Shown: positions 8,610 through 18,833 of the stretch, piece after piece
Layout of the letters: the number at the start of each line of letters is the position of its first letter
Numbering within the stretch: position 1 is the first letter of the stretch
Assembly: GCA_964565445.1 (NCBI GenBank)
Contig: CAZMFD010000005.1
Location: forward strand, 13,216-77,215
Direction of reading: 5' to 3'
Length of the DNA: 64,000 bases
Origin: an uncultured Geobacteraceae bacterium
Lineage (GTDB): Bacteria > Desulfobacterota > Desulfuromonadia > Desulfuromonadales > Geopsychrobacteraceae
Notes under the pieces: model-generated
Seen by the model: the letters and a program-made list of their open reading frames with translations, nothing else
Database searches by the model: none
Told to the model about the DNA's origin: nothing
Translations under genes and position numbers: made by a program

Positions 8610-10001
8610 ATGATCGCACAAAGCGCCATGCAACAACTTGAACAGGCTCTCGGAAAAGAAAAACTGGTGACCGCCAAGGAGGATCTCCTCGTCCTTGGTT
8701 ACGACTCAACTCCCGGGCTCCATGCCACACCCGACCTGGTCGTCTATCCAACCAGCACTGATGATGTTGTCAAGGTGGTTGAAGTTGCGCGCGATCATAA
8801 CCTCCCATTGACGCCGCGCGGCAGCGCGACTGGCCTCTCCGGGGGGAGTATCCCGATCAATGGCGGCATCGTCATCTGTCTGAACAAGATGAACCGGATT
8901 CTGGAAATTGACGAGGAAAACCTGACCGCCACCTGTGAACCGGGAGTTGTCACCCTTGACCTGTTCAATGCAGTGGCAGAAAAAGGGCTTTTTTATCCTC
9001 CCGATCCCGGTTCGCAGAAAATCTCTACCCTGGCCGGCAATGTCATGGAAGATGCCGGTGGCCTGCGCGGCCTGAAATATGGAGTGACCCGTGACTATGT
9101 CATGGCATTGGCCTGTGTGCTGGCCGATGGCAGCCTGATTGCTACCGGTGGAAAAAGCGTCAAGGATGTTGCCGGCTATGCCTTCAAGGATCTGCTGATT
9201 GGATCAGAAGGTACGCTGGGGATCATTACTGAAATCACCGTTAAACTCATTCCCCCGCCGCAGACTAAACAAACGTTTCTGGCCTATTTTGACAATATCC
9301 GCACCGCCGGTGAGGCTGTTTCAAAAATTATCGCCGCCAAGATCATTCCTTCGACTATGGAGATCATGGACAAAGCCACTATTAACTGCGTCGAGGATTA
9401 TGTCGGTATCGGCCTGCCACGGCAGATGGCGGCCCTGCTCTTGATCGAGGTTGATGGCCACCCAGCAGTCGTAGCAGAAGAAGCCGAAGCGTTGAAAGAA
9501 ATCCTGGAGCAAGTGGGTGCCGCTGAAGTTCACCAGGCCAAAGACGCGCAGGATGCCATGAAACTTGCTGAGGCCCGCCGTACCGCTCTGTCGGCTCTGG
9601 CTCGGGTTTCACCAACAACCCTGCTGGAAGATGCCACTGTTCCTCGCTCTAAACTGGCGGACACCTTCACCCTGATCGAGCAACTGACAGAGAAATACCA
9701 ACTCACCGTCGGCACCTTTGGTCACGCCGGCGATGGCAACCTTCATCCGACTGTCTTGTGTGACGAGCGCAATGAAGATGAAATGAAACGCGCTCATGCC
9801 TTTTATGACGAACTCTATGAACAGGTCCTGGCCTGGGGAGGCACTGTATCGGGAGAACACGGCATCGGGATTGCCAAGAAAGGTTATCTCGCCAAGCAGA
9901 TCGGCCCCGGTGGGGTGGCTGTTATGCGGCGGGTCAAATCAGCATTTGATCCTCAGGGGATCATGAATCCCGGCAAGATTTTTGTCAGCGAACAGGAGTA
10001 G
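8610..10001 (+). CDS. FAD-linked oxidase, GlcD / D-lactate dehydrogenase-like
   Basis: FAD-binding PCMH-type N-terminus (PRGSATGLSGG) and C-terminal GEHGIGIAK motif typical of GlcD/D-LDH family enzymes. Confidence 0.8.
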   Translation: MIAQSAMQQLEQALGKEKLVTAKEDLLVLGYDSTPGLHATPDLVVYPTSTDDVVKVVEVARDHNLPLTPRGSATGLSGGSIPINGGIVICLNKMNRILEIDEENLTATCEPGVVTLDLFNAVAEKGLFYPPDPGSQKISTLAGNVMEDAGGLRGLKYGVTRDYVMALACVLADGSLIATGGKSVKDVAGYAFKDLLIGSEGTLGIITEITVKLIPPPQTKQTFLAYFDNIRTAGEAVSKIIAAKIIPSTMEIMDKATINCVEDYVGIGLPRQMAALLLIEVDGHPAVVAEEAEALKEILEQVGAAEVHQAKDAQDAMKLAEARRTALSALARVSPTTLLEDATVPRSKLADTFTLIEQLTEKYQLTVGTFGHAGDGNLHPTVLCDERNEDEMKRAHAFYDELYEQVLAWGGTVSGEHGIGIAKKGYLAKQIGPGGVAVMRRVKSAFDPQGIMNPGKIFVSEQE

Positions 10002-10004
10002 CGC

Positions 10005-11306
10005 ATGAGTGATCAGCAGCCGTTAGGCAACTTTACCGAACTCGACGCCCCCACCTACGAAGATGTACTTCAATGTATGCGCTGTGGTTTCTGCCTGCCG
10101 ACCTGTCCGACCTTTGCCTTGACCGGACGTGAACGTTCAAGCCCTCGCGGCCGAGTCGCCCTGGCCCGGGCAGTTGCTGAAGGCAAGCTCGATTTTAATC
10201 AGGCGATGAAAGATGAGGCATTTTTCTGTCTCGACTGTCGTGCCTGTACTACTGCCTGTCCCTCAGGGGTTAAAGCCGGGGAAGTCATGGAAGTCTGCCG
10301 TGCCCAGGTCCATCAGCAGCTGCCGGCACCAAAATGGCAAGGCACTTTGCGCAACCTGGTCTTGAAAAGAATGGTGCCGAATCCCGCCCTGATGGAAACC
10401 TCGATGTTGCCGGCTCGTCTCTACCAGAAACTCGGTATTCAGTGGCTGGTGCGTAACAGCAAGATCCTGAAGTTGGGGCCAACCTGGATCGATAAAGCTG
10501 AAGGCATGCTGCCGGAACTGCACCGACCATTACGACCGCAGTTACCCGACATCAGTCCGGCCAAAGGAGAAAAGCGCGGCACCGTCGCCTTTTTTCTCGG
10601 CTGTGTTATGACCCTGCTCTACCCGGAAGTGTCACGCCAGACGGTCAAGGTACTCAACCATCAGGGGTTTGATGTGATTACTCCCAAAGAGCAGAAATGC
10701 TGTGGCGCTCCTCATCTGACCGAAGGCGATCGGGAAACCACCCGCGAGATTGCTGCCTTCAATCTGGATCTGTTCCTTGATCTGGACATCGACGCTATTG
10801 TTACCGATTGCGCCGGCTGTGGAGCGGCGCTGAAGGAATACGAAGAGATTCTGGCTGAGCGTAAAGACCTTGAGCGTCTCCGTCTCTTCCATGAGAAAAT
10901 CAAGGATATCAGTGAGTTTTTATGCGAACAGGGGATACGTACTGAAGCGCTGAAACAGGTAGACAAGAGCGTCACCTATCATGAACCCTGCCATTTGTGC
11001 CATGCACAGGGGATCAGTAAACAGCCGCGCGAGTTGATTCAAGCCATTCCCGGAGTGGAGTTTCGGGAAATGAAAGAGGCCTCCTGGTGTTGTGGGTCGG
11101 CAGCAACCTTCAGTTTGAAGTTTACTGACGCAAGCCAGGAGATTCTGGATCGCAAGCTGGAGAATGTCAGACAAACCGGAGCCGAGATCCTGGTGACCGG
11201 CAATCCCGGCTGTCATCTGCAGCTCGCCTGGGGATTACAGCAGGCCCAGATGCCACAACCGGTGCTCCATATTACAGAGTTGCTGGGGCTGGCTACACCG
11301 GATTAA
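10005..11306 (+). CDS. (Fe-S)-binding oxidoreductase subunit, GlcF-like, with two CCG domains
   Basis: Two 4Fe-4S ferredoxin motifs (CMRCGFCLPTCP, CLDCRACTTACP) and two CCG motifs (KCCGAP, WCCGSA). Starts 3 nt after the GlcD-like stop. Confidence 0.8.
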   Translation: MSDQQPLGNFTELDAPTYEDVLQCMRCGFCLPTCPTFALTGRERSSPRGRVALARAVAEGKLDFNQAMKDEAFFCLDCRACTTACPSGVKAGEVMEVCRAQVHQQLPAPKWQGTLRNLVLKRMVPNPALMETSMLPARLYQKLGIQWLVRNSKILKLGPTWIDKAEGMLPELHRPLRPQLPDISPAKGEKRGTVAFFLGCVMTLLYPEVSRQTVKVLNHQGFDVITPKEQKCCGAPHLTEGDRETTREIAAFNLDLFLDLDIDAIVTDCAGCGAALKEYEEILAERKDLERLRLFHEKIKDISEFLCEQGIRTEALKQVDKSVTYHEPCHLCHAQGISKQPRELIQAIPGVEFREMKEASWCCGSAATFSLKFTDASQEILDRKLENVRQTGAEILVTGNPGCHLQLAWGLQQAQMPQPVLHITELLGLATPD

Positions 11307-11318
11307 ACCAAGGGGCAA

Positions 11319-11352
11319 GGGCTTTAGGGGAGGTGTCCCCACCCTAAAGCCC
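11319..11352. terminator. hairpin between convergent GlcF-like and GGDEF-EAL genes
   Basis: 11-bp stem GGGCTTTAGGG-N12-CCCTAAAGCCC with no clear T-tract on either strand. Confidence 0.45.
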
Positions 11353-11353
11353 G

Positions 11354-13525
11354 TCAGTGGCTTGTCAGACTGGTACCCGGAGCCAGGGTCGGATGAGTGC
11401 ACAACAGGGCAAAGGTTGCGTCAGCAGAGACGGCTTCACCATACAGATAGCCCTGGACTTCATGGCAACCCAGTTGCCGCAAATGCTCCAGCTGGATAAG
11501 GTTTTCGACCCCCTTGGCCATCAGGGTTAAATTAAGGCCACTCGCCATCATAGCGATCCCATCGGCGATTCGTGCCTGTCCCACATCCTGCGTAATGTCG
11601 CGGACAAAGGAGCGATCGATCATCAAGGTATTGATCGGAAAATCACGCAGATAATTGAGCGAAGAATGGCCGCAACCAAAATCGTCAATGGCAACAGAGG
11701 CGCCCATCTGGCTCAACACTCGCAACACCCTGGCTACCGCACTGGAACCATCCAGCATCCCCTGCTCAGTAATCTGAACCTCGAACAGCTCCGCTTCGAT
11801 CCCCGCTGCCTTGATAGTGGCGGTAAACTTATCAGCGTAATCCTCCTGCTGCAGCTGTAACACAGACAGATTAAGTGACACCCTGATCGGAGGTAATCCC
11901 TGGCGCCGCCAGCGCAACATCTCCTCACAAACCTGCTGCAGCACCCAGTCTCCGATCGGGATAATCTGGCGGGTTTTTTCGGCAACAGGAATAAAATCAC
12001 CCGGGCAAAGCAGACCACGATACGGATGCTGCCAACGTAGCAATGCTTCCATGCCGACGATATCACTGCTTACCGGATCCACCTTAGGCTGAAAAAACAC
12101 CTGCAACTGGTTGCGTTCCATGGCAATGATTAATTCTTTTTCTATATTTACGCCCCCCAGTAATTTTCCCATCTGCTGCTCATAAATGCTATGGCCATCC
12201 TTGCCGGTATCCTTGGCATGATACATGGCAATATCGGCACTGTGGAGCAACGCGTCAATGGTCTCGCCGCCCTCAGGGTAAAGAGCAATTCCCATACTGG
12301 CGCTCAAACGGACCTCGTGACCATCAACAGTCAAGGGCATGCGTACCGCTGCGAGGATTTTCTCTGCAACAACAGTCGCATCCTCCTGTGTGATAATATT
12401 GACCAGTAGCAGCGAAAATTCATCGCCACCAAAGCGACTGACCGTATCTTCAGCACGTACACACTTAAGAATTCGCTCTGCCACCTGCTGTAAGACCCGG
12501 TCACCGACCATATGGCCATAGCTGTCATTAATTTCTTTGAAAAAATCCAGATCGATAAAAATCACCGCAATTCTGGTGTTGCTGCGAGACGCGTGGGCCA
12601 GGGCCTGGGTCATGCGATCATCAAAAAGGAGACGGTTCGGTAACCGGGTCAACAGATCATGATAAGCCTGATAGCTGATCCGTTCTTCTGAACGTTTTCT
12701 TTCAGTGATATCGCGGGCACTGCCGAGAGTCCCGTCAAATTCCTTATGGCCGGCGTTGTTCTGGGCATAAACCCCCATGGCATTGAGCTCCACCAGGAGA
12801 TCTTCTCCTCCTTGTCCCTGCAGGCTGTTCCGGTTTGCCTGCAGGCGAATCTCGGTACTGCGGGTTGCCCGTTCTCCGGTGCGTTGTTCACTAAAAAACC
12901 GATGCACAATGTCGGCATTATTAGGATGAATAAGAAAGGAAAAATGACGTCCAAGAATCTCGTGATGCTTATATCCCAGCAGTCCCTCAATCATATCATT
13001 GGCAAAGGTAAAGACCCCGTCAGCATCGAGCATATAGATGAAATCAGGGGAATTATTGACAATAAATCGGTGCATCCGTTCCGACTCTGCCAGGGCCAGC
13101 TCGGTACGACGCAACTGCAGACGGTAGAGCTGACGTTCAAGTCCACGACTGACACTCACCAGCAGATCTTCCGGACGGTACGGCTTGCGAACAAAATCAT
13201 AAGCCCCCAGCCGCAAGGCCTCTTTAATAGAAACAACGGAACTATCTGATACCAGGACAATAATTTCGACATCAAGGCGGGAGCGGCGGACACTCTCTAT
13301 AAGGCGGCAACTATCGCGACCGGAAATTTGCAAGTCAAGCAACAGCAGAGCGTAACCCCCTTGCATGAGTTTTTTCCCGGCTTCATCACACGAGGTTGTC
13401 AGGCTGGTACGATATCCATTGATACGCAACAATGCCTGCAGGCTGTAAAGCAAAGGCAACTGCTCACCAACAATCAGAATTCCCGTTGAGGGATTTTCCA
13501 ATAAGGCTGTGTGCTGCTGTTCCAT
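11354..13525 (-). CDS. response regulator with REC-PAS-GGDEF-EAL domains (c-di-GMP turnover)
   Basis: N-terminal receiver (LLLLDLQISG), PAS region, GGDEF motif (SRFGGDEFSLLL), EAL motif (MEALLRWQHP). Confidence 0.85.
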   Translation of the reverse strand: MEQQHTALLENPSTGILIVGEQLPLLYSLQALLRINGYRTSLTTSCDEAGKKLMQGGYALLLLDLQISGRDSCRLIESVRRSRLDVEIIVLVSDSSVVSIKEALRLGAYDFVRKPYRPEDLLVSVSRGLERQLYRLQLRRTELALAESERMHRFIVNNSPDFIYMLDADGVFTFANDMIEGLLGYKHHEILGRHFSFLIHPNNADIVHRFFSEQRTGERATRSTEIRLQANRNSLQGQGGEDLLVELNAMGVYAQNNAGHKEFDGTLGSARDITERKRSEERISYQAYHDLLTRLPNRLLFDDRMTQALAHASRSNTRIAVIFIDLDFFKEINDSYGHMVGDRVLQQVAERILKCVRAEDTVSRFGGDEFSLLLVNIITQEDATVVAEKILAAVRMPLTVDGHEVRLSASMGIALYPEGGETIDALLHSADIAMYHAKDTGKDGHSIYEQQMGKLLGGVNIEKELIIAMERNQLQVFFQPKVDPVSSDIVGMEALLRWQHPYRGLLCPGDFIPVAEKTRQIIPIGDWVLQQVCEEMLRWRRQGLPPIRVSLNLSVLQLQQEDYADKFTATIKAAGIEAELFEVQITEQGMLDGSSAVARVLRVLSQMGASVAIDDFGCGHSSLNYLRDFPINTLMIDRSFVRDITQDVGQARIADGIAMMASGLNLTLMAKGVENLIQLEHLRQLGCHEVQGYLYGEAVSADATFALLCTHPTLAPGTSLTSH

Positions 13526-13533
13526 GGTCCCCC

Positions 13534-15642
13534 CTATGATGAAAACAGGCTGAAATCATCCACGACCGGCAGTTGCAGGTAAAAACTGGTACCCTTCTCC
13601 AAACCGCTGTGGCAGCTGATCCGTCCTCCGAGATCCTCGACCATCCCCTTGACGATACTTAAGCCCGATCCGGCATGCCCTCCCCCTTTGGGACTGACAA
13701 CCGGACGGAACAACCGATCCCTGATGGCAGGCGGTATTCCAGGTCCGTCATCAGCGATACTGATTTCTACATAGCGCCCACGTTCGGAACAGAAACCCTC
13801 ACGGGTCGCCAGGGTGATATGCCCACCATTGTCAAGCGCTTCTGCTGCGTTTTTGATCAGATTGACCAGGATCTGCCGAATCAGGATTGTCATGCTCGAT
13901 AGCCGCGGAAGATCCTGCTGGAATTGTTGAGTCACCTCGACATTGCGGGGTGCCAATTCGGCCTCACGCAAGGTATCAACTGTCTCCTGCACCAGTTGAT
14001 TAATATCGATCTCCTGGTCAGGGAACTCATAAGTATCCTGCTGATTCAGATAATAGTGGACAATTTCGTCAACCCGTTGTGATTCCTGCTTGATGGCCTC
14101 AGCCAGTTCACGACCGGACCTCTCTGTCAGATTATGCTTCAGTACCTCAGCATAATTGCCGATAATTGTCAGAGGACTGCTGATTTCATGATTAACCCGC
14201 CGCAGCAGCAGCGCCCCATCACCAACTCGATTGAATTCTCCCATCGACACCTGGGCCAGCGCCGTGCTGACGATGGGATGCAAAATAGTTATTGCCGGGG
14301 CTTGAAGCCCGGCAGCGGCATGGGCGTTATCGAATCCTAAAACCACCACCGCCAGAGGATGATCATTCGACTTCAAAGGGTAACATACAAAGCCCTGTCC
14401 GCCACCCAGACGCATCAGCAGGTGATCGGTTACGGTCAAAACTTGATCCGTGGCAAAGCTGCTGACAGCACCCTCGCCGGACAGAGCACGGGCCGCCAGA
14501 CTCGCTTCACTGATCAATGGAAGCTTCAGCTCGCGTGACAAGCGGGAGCCGTCTTTTGACGAAATACCGATCAGTTCCTGGTGGCGTTGATCAAGCAGAA
14601 AAAAATGAACCGTTTTGGCCTGACTGTTTTCCAGATAAAGACTTCCGGCAATCTCGGCAATTTCTTCCGGCGTTGTGCCGGTTGTCAGCCGAGCACGGGC
14701 CGCTTCCTGACTGGCAACCAGAAAAATCTGTTTGGTTAACCGCCGACAGGCTTTATTGAAGGCCTCCACGGATGAAGCATCGTCATTTTTGATCTTGAAG
14801 GCCGGAGCAGAAAGGCTGGTCACCCATTCGAACAGATAGTCTGTTTCTGACGGGCGCAGATTAAAAAACAACTCCCCCAGGCGCCCGGCTTCAGGATTCA
14901 AATCCCCGGCGCTGCCGGCAAAAAGCTGGGCCAGTCTGGCAATCCGAAACAGAGGATTAGCCGTTTGCAGTTGACCACTGTCCACGGTTAGAAAACGGAT
15001 CGCATCGGCCAGAAAGGAATCCAGCGCCCAGCTTTCAACCTTGTCTGCCGCCAACCTGAGGTGGTCGGTCTGAAAGTACTGCTGCTCCAGTATTGCCTGT
15101 TTTTCACAACTCCAGGAAACCGGCGCCTTATCCAGAAAAAGGTCACCATGCTCTGTTAACAACTGATAAAGACCAAGATTCTGTAACAGCCCACAGAGTT
15201 GCGCTTCTTCAATATAGGGGTAGTTGACTGAAGGGGCGATACAACGGGCCGCCTGACCGGTAAAGCGCGATGTCCGCCACAGTTTCTGTAAATAGGATAT
15301 TTCTGCTGCAGACAGCTTGTGTTCCAGTACCTGCCGGGCCGACTGAAGAACCAGACTGACAATCATCGGGTATCCCAACGAATTCACCGCAGCAGTAACC
15401 GGTTCTGTGGCATCCAGTCGCTTGTGATTTCCTTTCACGGCGACGTCTATCAAATGCGCAGCGAAGGGGGCATCCTGTAAAATGATCTCAATAACAGTCT
15501 GGGAACTGGCACCTTGAAGGCAGGCGGATAGTAAGTCGGCAAGCATATCGGGCATGGAAAGCAAAGAGGTTCCATGCTCACCATAGGCTTCGGCGGGTGG
15601 CTCCGACAGCGGTTCTTTTTTGCTGATTGAAATGACCCCCAT
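13534..15642 (-). CDS. sensor histidine kinase with N-terminal HDOD-like and central GAF-like regions
   Basis: H-box HEISSPLTIIGNYAEVL, N-box NLIKNAAEAL, G-boxes DDGPGI and GSGLSIV. ATG at 15642 has an AGGGGA RBS; the track start at 15648 is GTG two codons upstream. Lies 8 nt upstream of the response-regulator gene. Confidence 0.8.
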   Translation of the reverse strand: MGVISISKKEPLSEPPAEAYGEHGTSLLSMPDMLADLLSACLQGASSQTVIEIILQDAPFAAHLIDVAVKGNHKRLDATEPVTAAVNSLGYPMIVSLVLQSARQVLEHKLSAAEISYLQKLWRTSRFTGQAARCIAPSVNYPYIEEAQLCGLLQNLGLYQLLTEHGDLFLDKAPVSWSCEKQAILEQQYFQTDHLRLAADKVESWALDSFLADAIRFLTVDSGQLQTANPLFRIARLAQLFAGSAGDLNPEAGRLGELFFNLRPSETDYLFEWVTSLSAPAFKIKNDDASSVEAFNKACRRLTKQIFLVASQEAARARLTTGTTPEEIAEIAGSLYLENSQAKTVHFFLLDQRHQELIGISSKDGSRLSRELKLPLISEASLAARALSGEGAVSSFATDQVLTVTDHLLMRLGGGQGFVCYPLKSNDHPLAVVVLGFDNAHAAAGLQAPAITILHPIVSTALAQVSMGEFNRVGDGALLLRRVNHEISSPLTIIGNYAEVLKHNLTERSGRELAEAIKQESQRVDEIVHYYLNQQDTYEFPDQEIDINQLVQETVDTLREAELAPRNVEVTQQFQQDLPRLSSMTILIRQILVNLIKNAAEALDNGGHITLATREGFCSERGRYVEISIADDGPGIPPAIRDRLFRPVVSPKGGGHAGSGLSIVKGMVEDLGGRISCHSGLEKGTSFYLQLPVVDDFSLFSS

Positions 15643-16006
15643 AAACACATCCCCTGCGTGTTGACAGAATATTTATCTAAACATTATTCATCAGCTACTG
15701 TAGGTTAGCAAGCACAAAAGAAAGAAATATGTTTAACATTCAGGCATTTAGAGACATAAACAGGAACTAAAATCTCATAATAAAAACCTCACAAACTCAT
15801 ATTTCTCTCATCGACACCAAGCAAAGTATCGAAACCAAAGCCTATTTATTATTTATTTAATAAAAATCTACCCTTAAAAGATTAAAAAAACCCCCCGATT
15901 ATCACATATGCCGCCACCCTGTCACCGGAAATATTTTTTTTGACAGCTGCCAACATTCACTCTACCCTGCAGACAAAGTAATAAACAACTCACTTGGAGT
16001 ATTTAC

Positions 16007-18832
16007 GTGAGCACACCGGCACAAAAACAAATCGACCAGATCATCAGGGCTCTTAACGAATTCGGCAAAGAGAATCTGGTCGAGATTTTACGCCGCATCA
16101 GTCAGGGGATGCAGCTACTCAGTGGCGGCGGGCACTGCCGCATCTATCTTGAGGATCTGACCATGGGGTCTTTAAGCTGCGCTGCCGCAGAAAATGATGA
16201 CCTGCAGGGGGTCAGTGAACCGTCCTTCCCGATTAATGACAGCGTCTTTCCGATTCCACAGGTTTATCAGCAAAAGCAGGAGATGGCGGTTGCGAGCTTG
16301 TCGTGTCATTCAAGGACCGCAGGAACAAAAGATGAATCCTCTCAACAGTCCTACTATCTACTGCCGATCCTTCATCTTGGGCGCGCTATCGGCGTTGTCA
16401 GTCTTGACCGCAGCGGGGCTGAACACCCCCCATCAGAGCCGCTTTTACAGCCATTGCGTAAGCTGCTGAGTGGTGTAGCACCAAGCCTGAATCGCGCCCG
16501 CAAGTATCACCAGCAACTGCTTCTGGCGCGGCGCGTCGATGAAGCCAAGAAACGTCAAGCCGCCCTGTTCATGGTCAAGTCGGCGGCACAGCTGATTGAT
16601 CGCGTGGCGCTGGCCTCGGTGCTCATCCCGGTGCCCTCCAGCATCGAGGGTGAACGCACCCTGGAGATCCTCGCCTCCTACTCCAAGGAACGCGAAGCGC
16701 GGCGTCTCTACGAAGAAGAAAAGCTGATTAACCTGGCACCGGGGGAATCCCTGATATCCCGCTTTATCAATCGCGCCGGCGTCATTGTCGACGATAGTCT
16801 GCTGGCTCCCCTGTATATTGAGGATCTGGCCGTTGAAAGCCTGCAGAAGCGCTATCTGACCGAAAATTTGGGCCTCAAATCCCTCTACATCGTTCCCCGC
16901 TATGACAAGCATAATCATCGCGTCATCTGCCTGGTCAACTACTACACCAAGGATCGCTACCACTTCAGTTCCTTTGAGCGTGACCTGCTCGATGCCCACG
17001 CAGAAATGGCCCAACGGGTGGTCCAGGAAATCGGCGATGAGCACCTGGAAATCCAGATCCTGTCAGAAATCGGCGATCTGTTGCAGCAATCCAGCGATGG
17101 TCTGCGTCCCTTTTTACACCGAGTACTCTCCAAGGCAACCCAGCTGATCGGTGCCGACACCGGCAGCCTCGCCTTGGTGCGCGAATTTCAGGGAGAACGC
17201 TGGCTGTTGGTGGAAGATGACCAGGGGAACCTGATCGGCGCCAAAAACAAGGAGTGGCTGAAAAAATATATTCCACCGATCCTCATTGGCGGCAATGAAC
17301 TCCCCCCCGGCCAGCGCAGTTTGACCGGTCTGGCGGCCGCCACCCGCCGCCCGCAGATTCTTGATGATTGTCATGAAGGCAGTGACGAAGAAACATTCTA
17401 CTGCCCGGTTACCGAGGCGATTCGCAGTGAAATCGCAGTACCGGTGGTTTACGATGACGAGGTTTTGGCAGTAGTCTGTCTCGACAGCCTGCGCCCCCAC
17501 TACTTCACCGATGAGCATCAGCGCATTCTGCAGATTATTGCGCGGATGATTGGTCACCATCTATCAATTCTGCAAAAGATCGATCAACTTACCAGCGAAA
17601 TCGACCGCCTGCGTCAGGATGTCGGCTATAAGGATCCAAAAGTCACCTCATATCGCCTTGGCAACATCATCGGCAATTCCAGCAAAACCCAGGAAATCAT
17701 CACCACCATCCAGCGGATCAGTCCGCCCCTGTGCGAGCGCATTACCCAATGGCACAAACAGGGAGTGCCCGATCAGGGCGAATTTCTTGGTCTGCCCTCG
17801 ATCCTGATCACCGGCGCAACCGGCGCTGGTAAGGAGTTTTTATTCAACAACTTTTATACCGAACTTAACCGCATTTTTCGCCAATTGCTACCTGGGCGCA
17901 GCAGCCTGCCGCTAAAAAAAACCAACATTGCCGCCTACAGTGGCGATCTTACCTATTCCGAGCTGTTTGGCCACAAACGTGGCGCTTTTACCGGCGCTCA
18001 CAATGATCGCCGTGGCATCCTTGAGGAGGCCCATGGTGGAGTGGTGTTCCTGGATGAGATTGGTGATGCAGATCCGAAGACTCAGGTGCAGCTGTTACGA
18101 TTTCTTGACAATGGAGAATTTATCCGTCTCGGAGAAAACATCACTCGCCACTCACAGGTCCTACTGGTTGCTGGTACCAATCGTGATCTGCGCCAACTGA
18201 TCGCTAACGGGATGTTTCGCGAAGACCTCTATCACCGCCTCTCTGAGCTGATTATCGAAGTTCCCTCTCTTAATCAACGCCGCGAAGATATCCCCGACCT
18301 GGCTACTCACCTGCTTGGTCGCCTGTTTCAGGCTTACCACAAACAGGATGACGAAAACCCCCAGCCGGCACTCAGCCAGAAAGCTAAAAATCTACTCAGC
18401 CGCCACCACTATACCGGCAACATCCGCGAGCTGCGCAGTATTCTGTTACGCGGCATGCTGTTGCGTCGCGGAGAGGTGATTGACGTCGAGGAAATTACTA
18501 ATGCTCTGCAACCACAGGCTTTCAGCCGTGCTGACAGTAACGACCAGAACAAAGCGCTGAACGATCAATTAGCCGAGGAGATTCTGCAGAGGGTTCTGCA
18601 GCAAGAGGAGAACTTCTGGTCAGCGCTCTACGAACCCTATGCTCGCCAGGAGATTACCCGTGATCTGGTGCTCAAAGTGGTCGAAAAGGCGCGGACGGAA
18701 GGAGCGACCAATATGCCCAAACTGGCCCGACTTCTGGATGCCTGTGATCCGTCATCAACGGAAGAAAAAGAAAAGAAGCGCTTTTACCGCTTTAAAAACT
18801 TTTTTTACAAAACCGTTAAGCTACGCTGGTAA
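16007..18832 (+). CDS. large (941 aa) GAF-domain sigma-54-dependent activator
   Basis: GTG start with TGGAG RBS. About 540 aa of GAF-like sensory region precede an AAA+ module: Walker A GATGAGKE, GAFTGA, Walker B VVFLDEIGD. The C-terminal DNA-binding region is not clearly recognisable. Confidence 0.8.
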   Translation: MSTPAQKQIDQIIRALNEFGKENLVEILRRISQGMQLLSGGGHCRIYLEDLTMGSLSCAAAENDDLQGVSEPSFPINDSVFPIPQVYQQKQEMAVASLSCHSRTAGTKDESSQQSYYLLPILHLGRAIGVVSLDRSGAEHPPSEPLLQPLRKLLSGVAPSLNRARKYHQQLLLARRVDEAKKRQAALFMVKSAAQLIDRVALASVLIPVPSSIEGERTLEILASYSKEREARRLYEEEKLINLAPGESLISRFINRAGVIVDDSLLAPLYIEDLAVESLQKRYLTENLGLKSLYIVPRYDKHNHRVICLVNYYTKDRYHFSSFERDLLDAHAEMAQRVVQEIGDEHLEIQILSEIGDLLQQSSDGLRPFLHRVLSKATQLIGADTGSLALVREFQGERWLLVEDDQGNLIGAKNKEWLKKYIPPILIGGNELPPGQRSLTGLAAATRRPQILDDCHEGSDEETFYCPVTEAIRSEIAVPVVYDDEVLAVVCLDSLRPHYFTDEHQRILQIIARMIGHHLSILQKIDQLTSEIDRLRQDVGYKDPKVTSYRLGNIIGNSSKTQEIITTIQRISPPLCERITQWHKQGVPDQGEFLGLPSILITGATGAGKEFLFNNFYTELNRIFRQLLPGRSSLPLKKTNIAAYSGDLTYSELFGHKRGAFTGAHNDRRGILEEAHGGVVFLDEIGDADPKTQVQLLRFLDNGEFIRLGENITRHSQVLLVAGTNRDLRQLIANGMFREDLYHRLSELIIEVPSLNQRREDIPDLATHLLGRLFQAYHKQDDENPQPALSQKAKNLLSRHHYTGNIRELRSILLRGMLLRRGEVIDVEEITNALQPQAFSRADSNDQNKALNDQLAEEILQRVLQQEENFWSALYEPYARQEITRDLVLKVVEKARTEGATNMPKLARLLDACDPSSTEEKEKKRFYRFKNFFYKTVKLRW

Positions 18833-18833
18833 G

